A stretch of DNA of 64,000 nt, taken from assembly GCF_006345805.1 (NCBI RefSeq), contig NC_043008.1, positions 40,114,001 through 40,178,000 of the forward strand, read 5' to 3'. Shown here one piece after another: positions 13,181 through 26,700 of the stretch. The notes beneath the pieces are model-generated. The model was not told where the DNA came from, searched no databases, and saw nothing but the letters and a program-made list of their open reading frames with translations. How positions within the stretch are numbered: the first letter of the stretch is position 1; each line of letters opens with the position of its first letter. The translations under genes and the position numbers were made by a program. The stretch comes from Octopus sinensis (taxonomy: Eukaryota).

Positions 13181-13730
13181 TTGGGTTAGCCGGAAAGTTC
13201 GTGCCCATTTTTAAAGGAAAGGAAAAGGTTAATAAATACTTCCCATCACATTTTTAATGAACCAAATATAAACTGTTTTGTTGCACAATGCGTCTCCATC
13301 TTACCTGTAACTTGAAAATACCGTCTTCTCAGAATCGAGGTGGTTTCATAGTAAAGAATTCATCAAGGTATCTTTTTACGTCATCCAAGGAATTGAACTT
13401 TTTACGATTAAAGCCTATTCCGCAGAGACCTGAATAAGTGGACATCCGAAGGAGCAATAGCAGGTGAATATGGGGCTGGAGAAACACATCAATGTTTGTC
13501 TGGTTTCCATAGAATCAAGTGCCAAAAATGAACTTTATTATCTTCCATTTTAAAGGGTTACAGAATTAACACAGGTTATAGCAACATAATCGCTCTTGCA
13601 CGAAAATATAGCTTAAACTGTGCTCTAAATAGAGGTGTAGTCATATCCTATTTTATGGACTCAACCATGTTCTAAAATAAGTCGAAAGGTAAGCTACTAT
13701 AAATCGGCACGAACTTTCAGGACAACCCAA
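13181..13730 (-). mobile_element. Internally deleted mariner element (550 bp)
   Basis: 25-bp TIRs (ttgggttagccggaaagttcgtgcc / ggcacgaactttcaggacaacccaa, 3 mismatches) and TA flanks. The minus strand encodes PYSPAIAPSDVHLFRSL...WRRIVQQNSLY, the mariner YSPDLAPSD motif and C-terminus. Confidence 0.92.
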
Positions 13731-13779
13731 TATATATATATATGCAAAATATTAGCAGATAGGGAAGGAAAGAAATGTA

Positions 13780-13814
13780 GTTTTACGTTTCGATCAAAGT
13801 TCTTCTTCAGAAAC
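13780..13814 (-). ncRNA. Minimal type I hammerhead motif in a Penelope-like tail remnant
   Basis: Reverse complement: gttt-CTGAAGA-agaactttgatc-GAAA-c-GTA-aaac. Stem I gttt/aaac; stem II weak. Confidence 0.55.
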
Positions 13815-13959
13815 AGGAGAGAAGAGAGTAGGAAGATGGAGGTAAAATTGGCCAACATTTAGTTAAATTTTTTAATATATATAAAATCGATTCAAGAAAA
13901 CAAGCTCCTCTTATAGGCATGGAAACATCCAAGTTTCACAGGTTTAACTGGTTTAATAC

Positions 13960-14345
13960 AAATATAAAAAAGGAATGTAGAGAGTTCAAACTGATATACC
14001 TTAATATATTAACGTTATAGCTATAATTCCCACAATTGTTTCGATTCAAACTAAAAAAATCAATATAATATTTATTAAAGGAAACGTATTTTGGAAAAAT
14101 TTTGGGTAAAAATATCGTGAGAATAAATCAGGACAGAAAAAAATTATCTGTAATTATATATAATTTTTTGTCCTGATTTACCCTAAAGAAATTTTACTAA
14201 AAATATTTCCAGCACTTGAATATATGAATTTTTTTCTAAATTTCTTATTGGTGTTGAGTTTGAATTGAAACAATTGTGGGGCTTATTAATATTATGTTAA
14301 TAAATTGACATAAGTCAGATTCAACTCTCTCTTTTCCTTTCATTA
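13960..14345. repeat. Decayed palindromic/foldback element
   Basis: cccacaattgtttcgattcaaact vs agtttgaattgaaacaattgtggg, and taaatcaggacagaaaaaaattat vs ataattttttgtcctgattta, are nested inverted pairs. Confidence 0.65.
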
Positions 14346-14450
14346 TTTTATATATACATACATACATATATATAAATATATACTATATATATGGATATAC
14401 GTGCACATGTGCGTATATCCATGCTTTTAATATTATTTTCATTTATTACT

Positions 14451-15270
14451 GTGGTGAGCTGACAGAAATGTTAAGCATACAGATGAAATGCTTAGTGGTA
14501 TTTTGTCTGTCTTTACGGTATGAGTGCAGATGTGCTACAGGCGTCGAATTTGCCTTTCATCCTTTCGGGGTCGATACATTAAGTACCAATTGCGTCCTGG
14601 GATCGATCTAATCAACTCTCCCTTTTCCACTAAATTTCAGGCCCTGTGCCTATAGTAGAAAAGATTATTTTCATTAAATAAGGCGGCGAGGTGGCAGAAT
14701 CGTTAGGACGCAGCTCGAAATGCTTAGCGGTATTTCGTCTGTCACTACGTTCTGAGTTCAAATTCCGCCGAGGTCAACTTTGCATTTCATCCTTTCGGGG
14801 ACGATAAATTAAGTACTAGTTACGCACTGGGGTCGATGTAATCGACTTAATACCTATGTCTGTCCATGTTTGTCCCCTCCATGTTTAGCCCCTTGTGGGC
14901 AATAAAGAAATAGGTATTTCGTCTGCCGTTTATGTTCTGAATTCACATTTCGCCGAGGCCGACTGTGCCTTTTATCCTTTCGGGGTCGATAAACTAAGTA
15001 CCACTTAAGCACTGAAGTAGTTGTAATCGACTTAATCCCTTTGTCTGTCCTTGTTTGTCCTCTCTATGTTTAGCCCCTTGTGGGGTCGAAATACTAAGCG
15101 GAATTTCGTCTGCCACTATATTCTGTGTTCAAATTCCGCCGAGGTCGACTTTGCCTTTCATTCTTTCGGAGTCGATTAAATAAGTACCAATTACACACTG
15201 GGGTCGATGTAATCGACTTAAACCCTTCCCCCAAATTTGGTGCCTTGTGCTCCCAGTTGAAAGAATCATT
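14451..15270 (+). mobile_element. Cluster of tRNA-derived SINE family 2: one monomer (14451-14668) plus a head-to-tail trimer (14682-15270)
   Basis: Repeated core gttcaaattccgccgaggtcgactttgcctttcatcctttcggggtcgataaattaagtacca; unit period about 184-187 bp. Confidence 0.9.
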
Positions 15271-16934
15271 TTCATGTGTTGCCATGGTATTATAATTATT
15301 ATTATTTAGAAACAAAATCCATTATTCAAGTCTATGGTTTCGTTTTCAGAATGTTCAAGCTGGAACCGCGCATGTTATAAATTTTAAAACTGTTTTTCAT
15401 ATAACAATGCTTTTGCATCATGTATCATGTAAAAAAAAAAAAGCCCTGAAATAATCATAAAAAATCTTAACGTATTCATCCTCTAATATATTTTTCATAC
15501 TTGTTCCTGCCTGCAATTAAAGTTTTTATTTTCTAATTTTATTTCATGTGTTCTCTGACAAAATTTGGTATTTTTCTATGAAATTGAATATCATGAAGTC
15601 AAAAATAAAATTATAAAATTAAACAATTTCCAAATATCTTCACATTAAATCAACAATGCTAAAATTATGTTTTTCGTTTTGTTTTTAATGCAAATACTCT
15701 AATGGTTTAAACGGAATAATTCAATCAACAATTGCAAACATAACCATCACAACAAAACTGAAGAACATCAACAGTTTAGTGTTAATCATGTGCTTTTATT
15801 ATCGTGACACCCTAAATATACAATATTTCTCAGTGGAGGTTTTCATATCAGTATATTATCATTTACAGACGTGTTTCCCATTAGAAATTTTATCGCATTT
15901 ACATCAGTCTTCATGTTTTATAGTCAGTATTTCTTTTGTTTACCCTCTTTTTTTTTTTATTTCTCTGCGTTACCACAGTATTTATGTTTCCTCCTTTATT
16001 TCATATATGATTTGTTTAAAATTAAATTTATAATAAAATATTCGAATGGTTGCTTTAAATTGATTATTCATAAGCAAGCTATTTTTCTAATCGACATCAT
16101 TAACCTACAAAAATAAATAAGTGAATAATACTATAATATATAAAGCGAAATAGACAAGAAATCCAGATAATTTAAAATATACAGGAAAGACGATAACAAA
16201 AACAACAATAATACTACAGATATTTATTTATTTTCAGATGAACGAATCAGTGTCATAAAGATAATAGTGGAGCCCTCCTGACTGAAGAAAAACATAAAAC
16301 GAATAAAACTATTTTATTATATTCCTAGTTTCGAAGCCTTAAAATATCATATGGCTGTTGGGAGTTCTCATACTGCCTTCCCGCTCCTATTTTATGTGAC
16401 CGTTTCACGACGTATTTTACTTGTGTTATCTCTTCAGGTTCAACACACCGAGATTGCAGAATATAATTTTTCTTAATGTTCAATTATTTTGTCGATAATT
16501 GATTTTTATTGTTTCATTAAAAGAAATAAAATCAAACGGCGTCTGATTTTAAGCCGTAAGATTCAGCCAAATTTAAATTTGTTAGTTCGCAATTAATCAA
16601 TAGTGCAATACTGAGACCACCGGAAAGACATTCCCTAGACTAAGTGTTGCTGCTTGATTTTATTCCACCCTGTGCGAAATGAAATATGACAGAGTAAAAT
16701 TCAGTTGTGACTATCCCTAATATCCTTAATTTAGTTTGGACAGGATAGCCTATATTCTATCCATTTCTATCCACTGAGGGAGGCCGTTTATTTGAACTTG
16801 AGATCATACTGGTTTGATGAGCCACCTCTGTCGCTCTGCCTCGATATGACTTAGCAGAGGAATGGTTTTAAACTCTTACAGAGTTGCACTTCCTTCAATT
16901 ACATTGATTCCTTTGCTGAAATAGTACTTATGTT

Positions 16935-17400
16935 ATCGAACCCGATAGGACGGAAAACAAAGCTTCGACGGAATTAGAACTCAGGACGTAAGGAAGAACC
17001 AAATATTCTTTTCTGCTTTAGGTACAAGACCAGAAATTTTGAGAGAGGGGGGCCAGTCGATTAGATTGACCTCAGTACGTAACTGTTACTTAATTTACCG
17101 ACACCGAAAGGATGAAAGGCAAGTCGACCTCGGCAGAATTTGAACTCAGAACGTAAAGACTGACGAAATACTTATTTCTTTACTATCCACAAGGAGCTAA
17201 ACACAGAGAGGACAAACAAGGACAGACAGACGGATTAAGTCGATTATATCGACTCCTGTGCGTAACTGGTACTTATTTAATCGACCCGGAAAGGATGAAA
17301 GTCAAAGTTGACCTCGGCGGAATTTCAACTCAGAACGTAACGACAGACGAAATTCGGCTACGCATTTCGCCCGGCGTACTAACGTTTCTGCCAGCTCGCA
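16935..17400 (-). mobile_element. SINE family 2 dimer plus an adjacent remnant
   Basis: Two reverse-complement copies of the same core, with the head gcgagctggcagaaacgttagtacgccgggcgaaatg at the right end. Confidence 0.88.
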
Positions 17401-18141
17401 ACTATAATATCCTTCACAAGGCATAATGTAGTAAATACTGCAGTATTTAATATGTTTTTCCACTTATTAAGGTGCAAACTGAGGGAAAGACTTATGCTGT
17501 TTCCAGCAGAAAGGAGCGATGATATAGATTTCTAAATTACGAAATTTAGGTTGATGAGTTGCTTCCCTGGTGTTGACAGCAGAAATGCAAAATATCTGTA
17601 ATTCGGTTGCCTTCTGCAGTGAGCTTACGACATGCTTCATGAAAGCTTCCTTTGGAGGAATTCTTTGGCATTTTTTAAGTCTGCAATAAAAACTTTGATA
17701 ATTGTTTTGGTTGTTTAGTAGTGTTATGTTACATTCCTAACTCCAGCAATTTTAATATCTAAAGAGATACAAGTTGGTCATTGTTCCTTCCATTCATCAT
17801 GTATAAAATCATATCAATTCAAACAAAAGATACAAAATTTATTAATCCACTACAAAAGTCAACCCCAGTATGAATCAGTGATATACATGTAATTTATTAT
17901 CATACTCAATTTGTAAATAACCTTATGGGTAAAATAATTGATATCACAGTGTTTTTGCCCTAAAAAGATAATATTTGTCCTCACTTGAATCGGTGAGATA
18001 TCCATGTTAGTTTCAATTTAATTTTGCTGGAACACATCAAACTGCTAAAAACCTGAAGGCTAATTGGGCGATATCCTTTTTAAATGTTTGAAACTCACCA
18101 CAAAATTTCAAACTCCTTAAATACCCACTCACACATATATT

Positions 18142-18398
18142 AAAATAATAATAAATGCGCCCTTCTAAAGCCTAGCCAGACTCATGGGCCCGGTTTCCCG
18201 GTTTCGATGGCGTAAGTGTTCCACAGCTGGACGGGACACTAGTCCTTCGCAGCGTTACTCATTTTTGCCAGCTGAGTGGAGCAACGTGAAATGAAGTGTT
18301 TTGCTCAAGAGCACAACGCGTCGCTCGGTCCAGGGATCTAAACGACAATCTTACGATCATGATGCTGACACTCTAACCAATAAGCCACGCGCCTCCAC
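18142..18398 (-). mobile_element. tRNA-derived SINE family 3 with 11-bp TSD
   Basis: Head gtggaggcgcgtggcttattggttagagtg, (tta)n-like tail, TSD acacatatatt at 18131-18141 and 18400-18410. Confidence 0.85.
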
Positions 18399-18994
18399 AA
18401 CACATATATTCCACAGGAAATACAAATATTAGCTCCCCAGACGAGGGAATCACATTTGACCAGGCAGAAGGTAATCCTCATTTCTATAATGTTATATGTG
18501 TTTCAGGCTTCACTGAATTTCTGTTTCTGTGTTTGAAACCAGAAACAAAATTTGAAACGGTGCACCATTTTCCAAATGTTTTACCGGAGACCGCTAGATG
18601 CAGAAAACTTTGTAGAGTCTGATAAATCTAAGATTGATAATCTAAAATGATCAAAAGAGCTTCAAAATTTTTACTCGTGATTCAAACTTTAAATAAAGTA
18701 TTTTAATTCTAAACTCTAATCCGAAAATAATATAAATAGTTTTTTAAGGAGATTAGTTGAAATTGTAGCATCTTTTATTTGGCTTTCCTGTTTCAGTTAT
18801 CCATGTCAGAAGTACTATTACCAGCAGATACATACACTTGCTGTGACAAAAGTGGTATCATGGATAGAAGAAGGAAACTCACTATGAATACTATCGTATA
18901 ATACTATCTTATAATGGTGTACATGCTCAGGAGAGTGTTGCTCGGTTCTGGAGGAGAAGGGGTTCACACACAGAAGCTTCAAATATAAAGAGAA

Positions 18995-19415
18995 GGTGGC
19001 GAGCTGTCAGAAACGTTAGCACGCCGGGCGAATTGCTTAGTGGTATTTCAACTGCCGATACGTTCTGAGTTCAAATTCCGCCGATGTCGACTTTGCCTTT
19101 CACCCTTTCGGGGTCGATAAATTAAGTACCAGTTACGCACTGGTATCTATATAATCGACTCAATCCGTTTGTCTGTCCTTGTTTGTCCCTTCTGTATTTA
19201 TCCCCTTGTGGGTAGTAAAGAAATAGAAATAGGTATTTTTCTGCCGCTACATTCTGAGTTCAAATTCCACCGAGGTCGACTTTGCCATTCATCCTATCAG
19301 GGTCTATAAATTAAGTGCCAGTCACGCACTGGGGTCGGTTTAATCGAATTAATCCGTTTGTCTGCCCTTGTTTGTCCCCTCTATGTTTAGCCTCTTGTGG
19401 GAAAGAAAGAAATAA
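18995..19415 (+). mobile_element. SINE family 2 dimer
   Basis: Head gtggcgagctgtcagaaacgttagcacgccggg followed by two core units. Confidence 0.88.
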
Positions 19416-19944
19416 GAAACTTGTAATATAAATCCGTTCATTGATTCGGGGTTTCAACTCATTGAAGTTTCTCAGTTGAATAAAATGCAATTCTGTGATT
19501 TCTGACTCTGGGAGAACCTCGAACGACTCACAAGTGGTGATAAACTATGCATAAAGATTATTAAGGAGAATAGGCGATACGAATTAAAATCAGATGTATA
19601 TGGACGAACGCCTTCATACACGCGAGCAATCGAAATGTAAATTATTACCTCATGGGTATCGTTTTCATTTGCAGATCTCTGCCTTCTCATCAGTGATTTT
19701 GTTTTACTTGTTGGAGTCATTAGATTTTAGAAATGCTGGCACACCATATTCATTTGGTTTAGTCGAAATGACAGACCCTAGTATTTACTGTTTTCAAGCC
19801 TGATATCATTTGCTGTTCCTTTGTGGGTTTCGGCGTGCCACTTAAGTTAAGGAGACATGAAAATAACCGAACACTATTTGTCAAACGGTTGCGAGGTACG
19901 AACATAATCACACACTTATAAATGACAAGCCTGTTATATATATA

Positions 19945-20905
19945 TATTTATTTTATTTATTTATTTTATTTATTTATTTTATTTATTTTATTTAGTTTCA
20001 GCTCACAAGCTGTGGCCATGCTGGGGCACCGCCATTTGGTTTTGCTACATGATATTACTTCACGAATGCTTTTTAGCAAATGCCATCTGGTGCATGAGAG
20101 AGTTTGATGCAATTGCCCTCAGCTGCACCTCTTGCCGTGAAGTTGGTTCATCTGGGACACCTGACAAGAAGAGATCCAGTTTCATTTTAAAGACATCTGC
20201 ATTCTCTCCATGCAGGTCTCTTAGGTTCTTCGGGAGGATATTGAAGAGCTGTGGGCGTCAGAAGCCCAGGCTATCACAGTATCTTGTCCTACATCTTGAT
20301 GGCAAATTTGGAGTCCTTGGCACTATGCAGTGGCGCCCAGTTCTGGCATTTGTGTAACTCTCGATGCCAAAGTTTGGGACAAGTCCTTCTAGGACTTCCA
20401 GATGTATATTATGGCATATCTTTCTCGCCTACGCTTTAAGGAATAGAGTCACAATCTCTTGAGTCTTTTCCAATAGCTTAAATGCTGCACAGAGGCTATC
20501 TTCTTCGTGTAGCTTCGTTGGATCGCCTCAAGTTCTGTGATTAACTTGACACTGGATGGTGACCATAGCTGAGAGCAATAGTCAAAGTTGCTTAGGACAA
20601 GTGTCCTCCAGAGGGCCATCATGGTTTTCTGGTCTCTTGTTCTAAATGTTCTAAGAATCCATCCGGTCAGCCGCCTACATTTCATTGCCAATTTAGCAAC
20701 ATGCACATGAAAGGTTGCATCATCACAGATGTAAATACCCAGGTCTCGCACTGATTGTGCCTCTGGGATTGCAATCCCTCCAGGTCCAGTGTATTTATTG
20801 GGTATTGCATTTAGTTTTGCATGCTGATAGTATAAAGCTTGAAACTGTTCAGCATTGAACTGCATGCTATTATTTTCAGCCCACTTGTATATTTTGTCCT
20901 GCTCA
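19945..20905 (-). mobile_element. 5'-truncated CR1/L2-type LINE (RT C-terminus and 3' UTR)
   Basis: ORF 20449-20976 contains KWAENNSMQFNAEQFQ, VRDLGI, WILRTFRTRD...LVLSNFDYCSQLWSP...LEAIQRSYTK...SYWKRLKRL, followed after a stop by LYSLKRRRERY; (AAATA)n-type tail. Confidence 0.9.
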
Positions 20906-20909
20906 CATT

Positions 20910-20960
<51 letters not shown>

Positions 20961-20989
20961 ATATATATATACACATAAATATATATATA

Positions 20990-21150
20990 TATTCGTTCTC
21001 TCTCTGTTTATATTGTCTAATTATTTTCTGTTGAAGAGCGTAGGCTCAAAATTAAAACATTTTTTTCATTTTCCCCGTGCGTCAAATTAATACGTATGCT
21101 TCTTGTTCATACACCTGTCTTGATCTTTTGTCATTCTATAAATTTCAACT
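20990..21150 (+). mobile_element. Penelope-like pseudo-LTR remnant with a broken hammerhead (same family as 12923)
   Basis: ttttctgttgaagagcgtaggctcaaaatt: the GAAA has decayed. Confidence 0.65.
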
Positions 21151-21234
21151 ATATATATGTGTTTGTGTACGTGTGTGTGTGTGCGTGTGTGTGTATCTAT
21201 GTGTGTATGTATGCATATATGTATGCATGTATGC

Positions 21235-21267
<33 letters not shown>

Positions 21268-21295
21268 TGTATGTATGTATGTATGTATGCATGTA

Positions 21296-22124
21296 CAGGG
21301 TGCGGTGAATAAACTGTCGCCTTAATTACACAAAAATGAAAATATACTTGACAGATATATTTCCGAAAATTACATAAAAATATCTCGAAATAGTAAAGAG
21401 TAAATTTATTCTCTTCAATTGCCATAGGTTTCAACCATGGCCTCCATACGACTTCTAATTCTCTTCCATTTCTTCTGGACGGTCTCCTTGTTAAAGTTGG
21501 TGAATGCTGCTATAATGCTTGCCTTCAGTTCATCTTTAATGTTACAAGATTTTTGTTAGTCTCTCGTTCAACTGCGCTCTACATATAATAATGGTTAGGC
21601 GGCTGGATGATAGGGGTGATGTGGTCGCAGAAGTTGCCTGATAGCCATGACTGGATTCTTCTGCTTGTGTGCACAGTACAGAATCTTGTTGCCAGACATA
21701 GTGTCTTCCAGCAGCCACCTACTTCAGTACTACATACGTACCAGGCACTTGATGTGAGCCTGCATGTTAAGTCTGAGGCCGTGTGGGAAAATGAATAATG
21801 GTATAACGTTGCCATTACTCGTGATCACTCCAAACACTATAAGGTTGAGTGGATGTTTGGTTTCTGTCACTATCCGTACATGTACGTAGATTGCACTCTC
21901 CTCAGATTGATACCCAAACACTTTGAAATATTCATATGGAATCTTCCCGCGCAAATGCCAAGCAGTACAGCATGTCGTTCCCAAATTTCAGGCAGAGTGA
22001 ATTGCGTCATGGTGCAGTTTTCCTCACAGTCGGAGATAAACTGATCCTGCTATTACGTGAGTTCGACAAAATTTAAAAAGTTAAAATTTGCATGCACGAA
22101 ATTCAAATTATAGAATGGCGACAG
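21296..22124 (-). mobile_element. Decayed, deleted Tc1/mariner-superfamily (maT-like) transposon
   Basis: Terminal repeat cagggtgcggtgaataaactgtcgcc after TA, with a partial partner ggcgacag at 22117-22124. The minus strand gives TKHPLNLIVFGVITSNGNVIPLFIFPHGLRLN...NIKDELKASIIAAF...RIRSRMEAMVETYG. Confidence 0.8.
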
Positions 22125-23471
22125 AACCATGTAGTTGGGAAGCCGACTTCTTTATAATCAGCCATGTTTTGCCGAGAGAGATGAAAGAGGATAATAATAA
22201 GAGATTCAAATTGTGGAAGGAGAGTGAGCGATGATTAATCAGCATCCAAATGAGTACTGTCAGATTTGCAAAACTGAATGAGTCTACAGATTTTGATTCC
22301 AATAAAATTACTATTCTTTGAAATATTTCTCTCAGACTTTTCTCTACACTCTCACAAAAAGTGGGATACATTTGTAAAATAGTCTTCAGAAAAGGATATC
22401 CAGATATAAGAAAGTGAAAGTACGCATTTCACTATATGAATGCATGACTATACAACAGATGAACTCTAAATCCATAAACCTATGTGTAACAACGGAATTC
22501 TGAGAATTGAGATCTCACTGAAGTAGTAGGATATAAAGTGATTCATCGACCCGCGGAACATGAATTAACTCATACACACTCGGTTTCACGCGTTAAGGCG
22601 TTTAATCAACCGAAATTCTGACTCGTGTAATTAAAGTGTGAGTGACTGAGAATTCCATAGACGTGTGTATCCTTAACAGAATTCCCAATCACTGTCAAAA
22701 TGTTCTGTGAATTAAATATAGAATCCAACTGAGGAGTTTCTATTGAGATTTCATCCACCGATTTTGAGTCAAATATCGTCAGTTGTAACAATACATTGGA
22801 AAAGAAAGAGACAACGCCAAATAGCAAGAGCGAAACCAAGCGCCTTCTTAATCATGAGGCGCCTGCGAAGCGAAGCTGTTATCCACCTGGATATGCTTGT
22901 GTCCACATACAAGACTAACATATAAGGCGCAATGCTCCACTGTAACTAAAGTAAATGGTCAATACGGTAGAGACTGATGACTGCTTTGCCTGGTTTCAAC
23001 AACCGATATTAGATCACAGCCTTCGTTAAATACAATGATAATTCTCTGATAGGTAGAAGGCCCGATATTTCTGAAGTGGGGTTCGCCGATTGTACGACCA
23101 AGAACTTAACTGATACTTTCAGTTATCAAAGGCCTAAATAATGAAATATCTAGTTAACTGTCACGAGATTTGGACATAAGGTGAAGTGAATTACATAAAC
23201 ACCAGACAATGACTGATATTATAATATATTGAGTTCGGAATGAAGTATAGTAAACGTGACGTCGGACGATTCGAACTCAAAACATTAAGAGATGAACCAG
23301 AATGCTGCAAAATACGTTATATGTCGCTCTATCGATTTAGCCAAAATAATACAAAGCCATTGTTTGTATGGCATCGTTTTTATTTAATTTGTCTAGTTAT
23401 TCGTTTAGATGTATCGAATTCCTCTGTTATGTAAGAGATTGAAACAGTCTACACTGAAATATAGATACATG

Positions 23472-23553
<82 letters not shown>

Positions 23554-23689
23554 TGTATAATATATATATACATATATCATATATATATATATGTATAATA
23601 TATATATACATATATCATATATATATATATGTATAATATATATATACACATATAAATATATATAATATATATATGATATATATATACAC

Positions 23690-23745
<56 letters not shown>

Positions 23746-26700
23746 TCGCATATTCTATTAAATACGTTCGGCTTCTGTTGTTTTTGATGTGTTTCTGTGT
23801 GTGTAGTGTGTAAATGGCTGCTCTTTTGTATAGACGTGTGTCTATTTATCTATATATTTATTGTTTGATCAAACGCTAGTGCAGATAGATGCACAATAAA
23901 GTGAAGTTAATTGTCAGGAAAAATTCTTAGTATGTTAGCTGTAACTAAAGTATAGAAATGCATGGGAGATGTTGGTTTATATATCGTTTGAAATACAACA
24001 TTAATATAACATATTAACAAGAGAATTTAGTTAAATAAATGTATGACATACATATACGCACATAACTCGGTTAATGGTAGAATGAATTGAATGTATCAAT
24101 CGGAATACATATTAATATAGTTTTCGGGAAGCTAGATTTGTTCTTAATGTAAATAGTGGAAGGAAAAACCTCATTGCACATAAGAAAGGGCAATTTTGTT
24201 CAATGATAGAATTAGTTATATGTATTTATCGAAACATGTATTGACTTAACACATTTGAAGTGCCATTTATAGCAAATGTGAGCAGTGATAAAATCGACAG
24301 AGCATCAAGAAAAGGCTGGACTCTTATTATCCCCGGTTTGTATTGTGATAACATACAGGAGAATATATGAACCTGAATAGGTCGCTAGGGTAAAGAAATT
24401 AAATTTCGATTTTGTTGCTGGTAGTGTAATTTAAACAGGTGGTCAAAGGAAAGCCTTAGCAAGCTGCTGAAAATTGTTAAATATTATAGCTGTGGCTCTA
24501 TAAATCCGAAATCTTGTTACCGTAGAGTTTAATGAACATTGAAGTGTTAAATGAGATATTGATGGAGATTTAAACGGAGATGAAAACATACAAAACACGA
24601 GCAGCATCCGTAGTTATCCTATTAGCAATAAATTCGAAAGTGTGTCAAATTATTGTTGTTTGGAAATATCCGTGGACTAGTGATGACATTTTGGTGAAAA
24701 TAATTTAATGTGCAGCGTCCGTTTCTTAACATTTCAAGTAAATATCTGTAAATCGATGACATTTAAATAGTACCCTCTTATATTACATTCTTATGTTTCA
24801 TTTTGTTATTTTTCTCTGTATACATCGCCTTGCCTATGTTCACCTGCTGTAATTGTTAACATCACGAATGTAGGAAAATAGTCCAGGTGAATATTATTAT
24901 GTAAAGTAAATACTAAACATTCAATATATTATTACACAGAAACTTTATCTAAATTTGCTTCAAAACTTATACAAAATTTCAACAGAGATAACACTAGTAA
25001 GATGAGTTGATTGAATATTTTGAGTATTATAGCTGCTGAAATATATCCATATTTTTATGCGTATACCTTGTTTTATTTTGCATTTTGTAATATTTTGTCT
25101 TCCTTTAAATAAAGACACTCTTATAATTCTTTTCATTCTGTATATGTTACTACTGGCTATATATTCTCATTGATGTGTTTGCTTTTTTATACTTATTTCA
25201 CACACACACGCACACGTATTATAAAGTTTGACTTACCTGTTGCTATGGTAAATTAGATGTTTTATTCAGTTTCCTGTTACATGAGAGATATTCTGTGATA
25301 TTTTAGCTCTTCCAGTTTTCGATTTGATCGAAGATTAGTGCAATACAGTAATATTCCGAACAGGAAGCCAATCCCAGGAATTTTATTTTGTATGACATGT
25401 ATGAGAAGCTGGCAATTCAAATCAGGCCCATTTTTAGTTTCACTTTCATTCTCTACCCGTCTCATTAATCATTTAATCACATTTTGGATTGATCAATCGG
25501 ATGCTAAACTGACTGTGGTTTTTGTACGCCTTTCAAATCTTGAGGAATTGGTGTAGTTAAATGAAAACTCGTTCCAAATTTACCGCTGCAAGAGGAAAAA
25601 ACATGGATTTGAGAAAGTCTGGTCGAGGCTGCGGCTCGTGCAAATATACAGGTCCTGGTGCTCGAATTATGGATGACTTGAAAAGTGGCAATTTAGTCAT
25701 ACATTCTGCCAGCACGAAACCAATCCACTTCCGAAATTTAGAGACTACGCACAAACTCACACTGAAATATACGCGCGCAAACGCAGTTGTATGTGTAAGA
25801 CTCCTGATAAGAGTTATGTTGCTGTTGTTGACATACTTGGAAAGGAAGCAATATGTTCAACTTCCAGCTGATTCGAGAAAATAGATAGGCCCAGAGAAAC
25901 ACAACGCACATACTTATTTACTTAGTTATATATCTGCTTTAGAGGGCAATAAGTGAACTATAGCATCGTTCGCCAGTTATTATTTCTCTATGTTTGTAGT
26001 ACTCATTGTGACTAATGAGTGTATCCAAACCTGTGTTTGTGAACATTTCATTAGTATTTTAGAAAGCAAGCTGTACATTAATATGGAACCCAGAACTACG
26101 GCCTGCTGAACTGTATTGAAGTACGAGACACTGTCTCAGCAGACTTAAAGTCTTTAGAATTACAAACATGAACACAGTGAGATAGAGACAAGGAGATGTA
26201 GAGAGAGTGAAAGTGAGTGAGAAAAGGAGAAGAGATCATGGTTATAACTTAGAAACAGTATGGCGATATTTGCAGCAACGTATTTTTCTTGAAAGTTATC
26301 GCGTATATGCAAAAGTGTATATAGATGTGTATAAGAGTTATGTGTGCCTGTGTGCTTGTATAAGAAGAAGTGGCTTTCCATGCGTGTGTTTTCCTGTATC
26401 TGTGTTTGAATGTTTGCATTAAACGTTATATTATTTCTAGCAGCAACTATAATACAGACTACAAACATTATCGACCAAAGTGCATCAGCAAAATTGGGAA
26501 TAACATAAGAGGCCACTCGCAAATACAAAGTTGAAATGGTGCCTAATTACTTCTATCATGACTGCTGCGTTTTTGCAATGTTTTCTCTGTTATATCTTGT
26601 TGTTATAATATCCACATATCATATCCAAGACACTATCGTACCCTTTTATTAATACTTAATGTTTAATGACAATTTCTTTACAGCAATTTCTCCGTTTTAT

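Noticed and set aside
14682-15270. Regularly spaced ~185-bp repeats resembling a CRISPR array or satellite
   Set aside because: The units are SINE bodies dispersed elsewhere in the window, with no repeat-spacer structure, in a eukaryotic context.
19640-19700. CUGAUGA...GAAA on the minus strand
   Set aside because: Stems I and III cannot be formed, so it is not a hammerhead.
17628-19720. Chain of possible minus-strand mini-exons (19646-19717, 17983-18052, 17628-17680)
   Set aside because: They can be joined in frame, but the peptide is unrecognisable and such sites arise by chance in AT-rich DNA.
22108-22839. Two minus-strand ORFs in the same frame sharing an SKSVD motif, weakly LRR-like
   Set aside because: Six stops lie between them, there are no clear splice sites or start, and the motif match is short enough to be chance.
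25561-25884. 107-aa plus-strand ORF with GCGSC
   Set aside because: No domain similarity; it overlaps an equally unconvincing minus-strand ORF in a probable UTR/promoter region.
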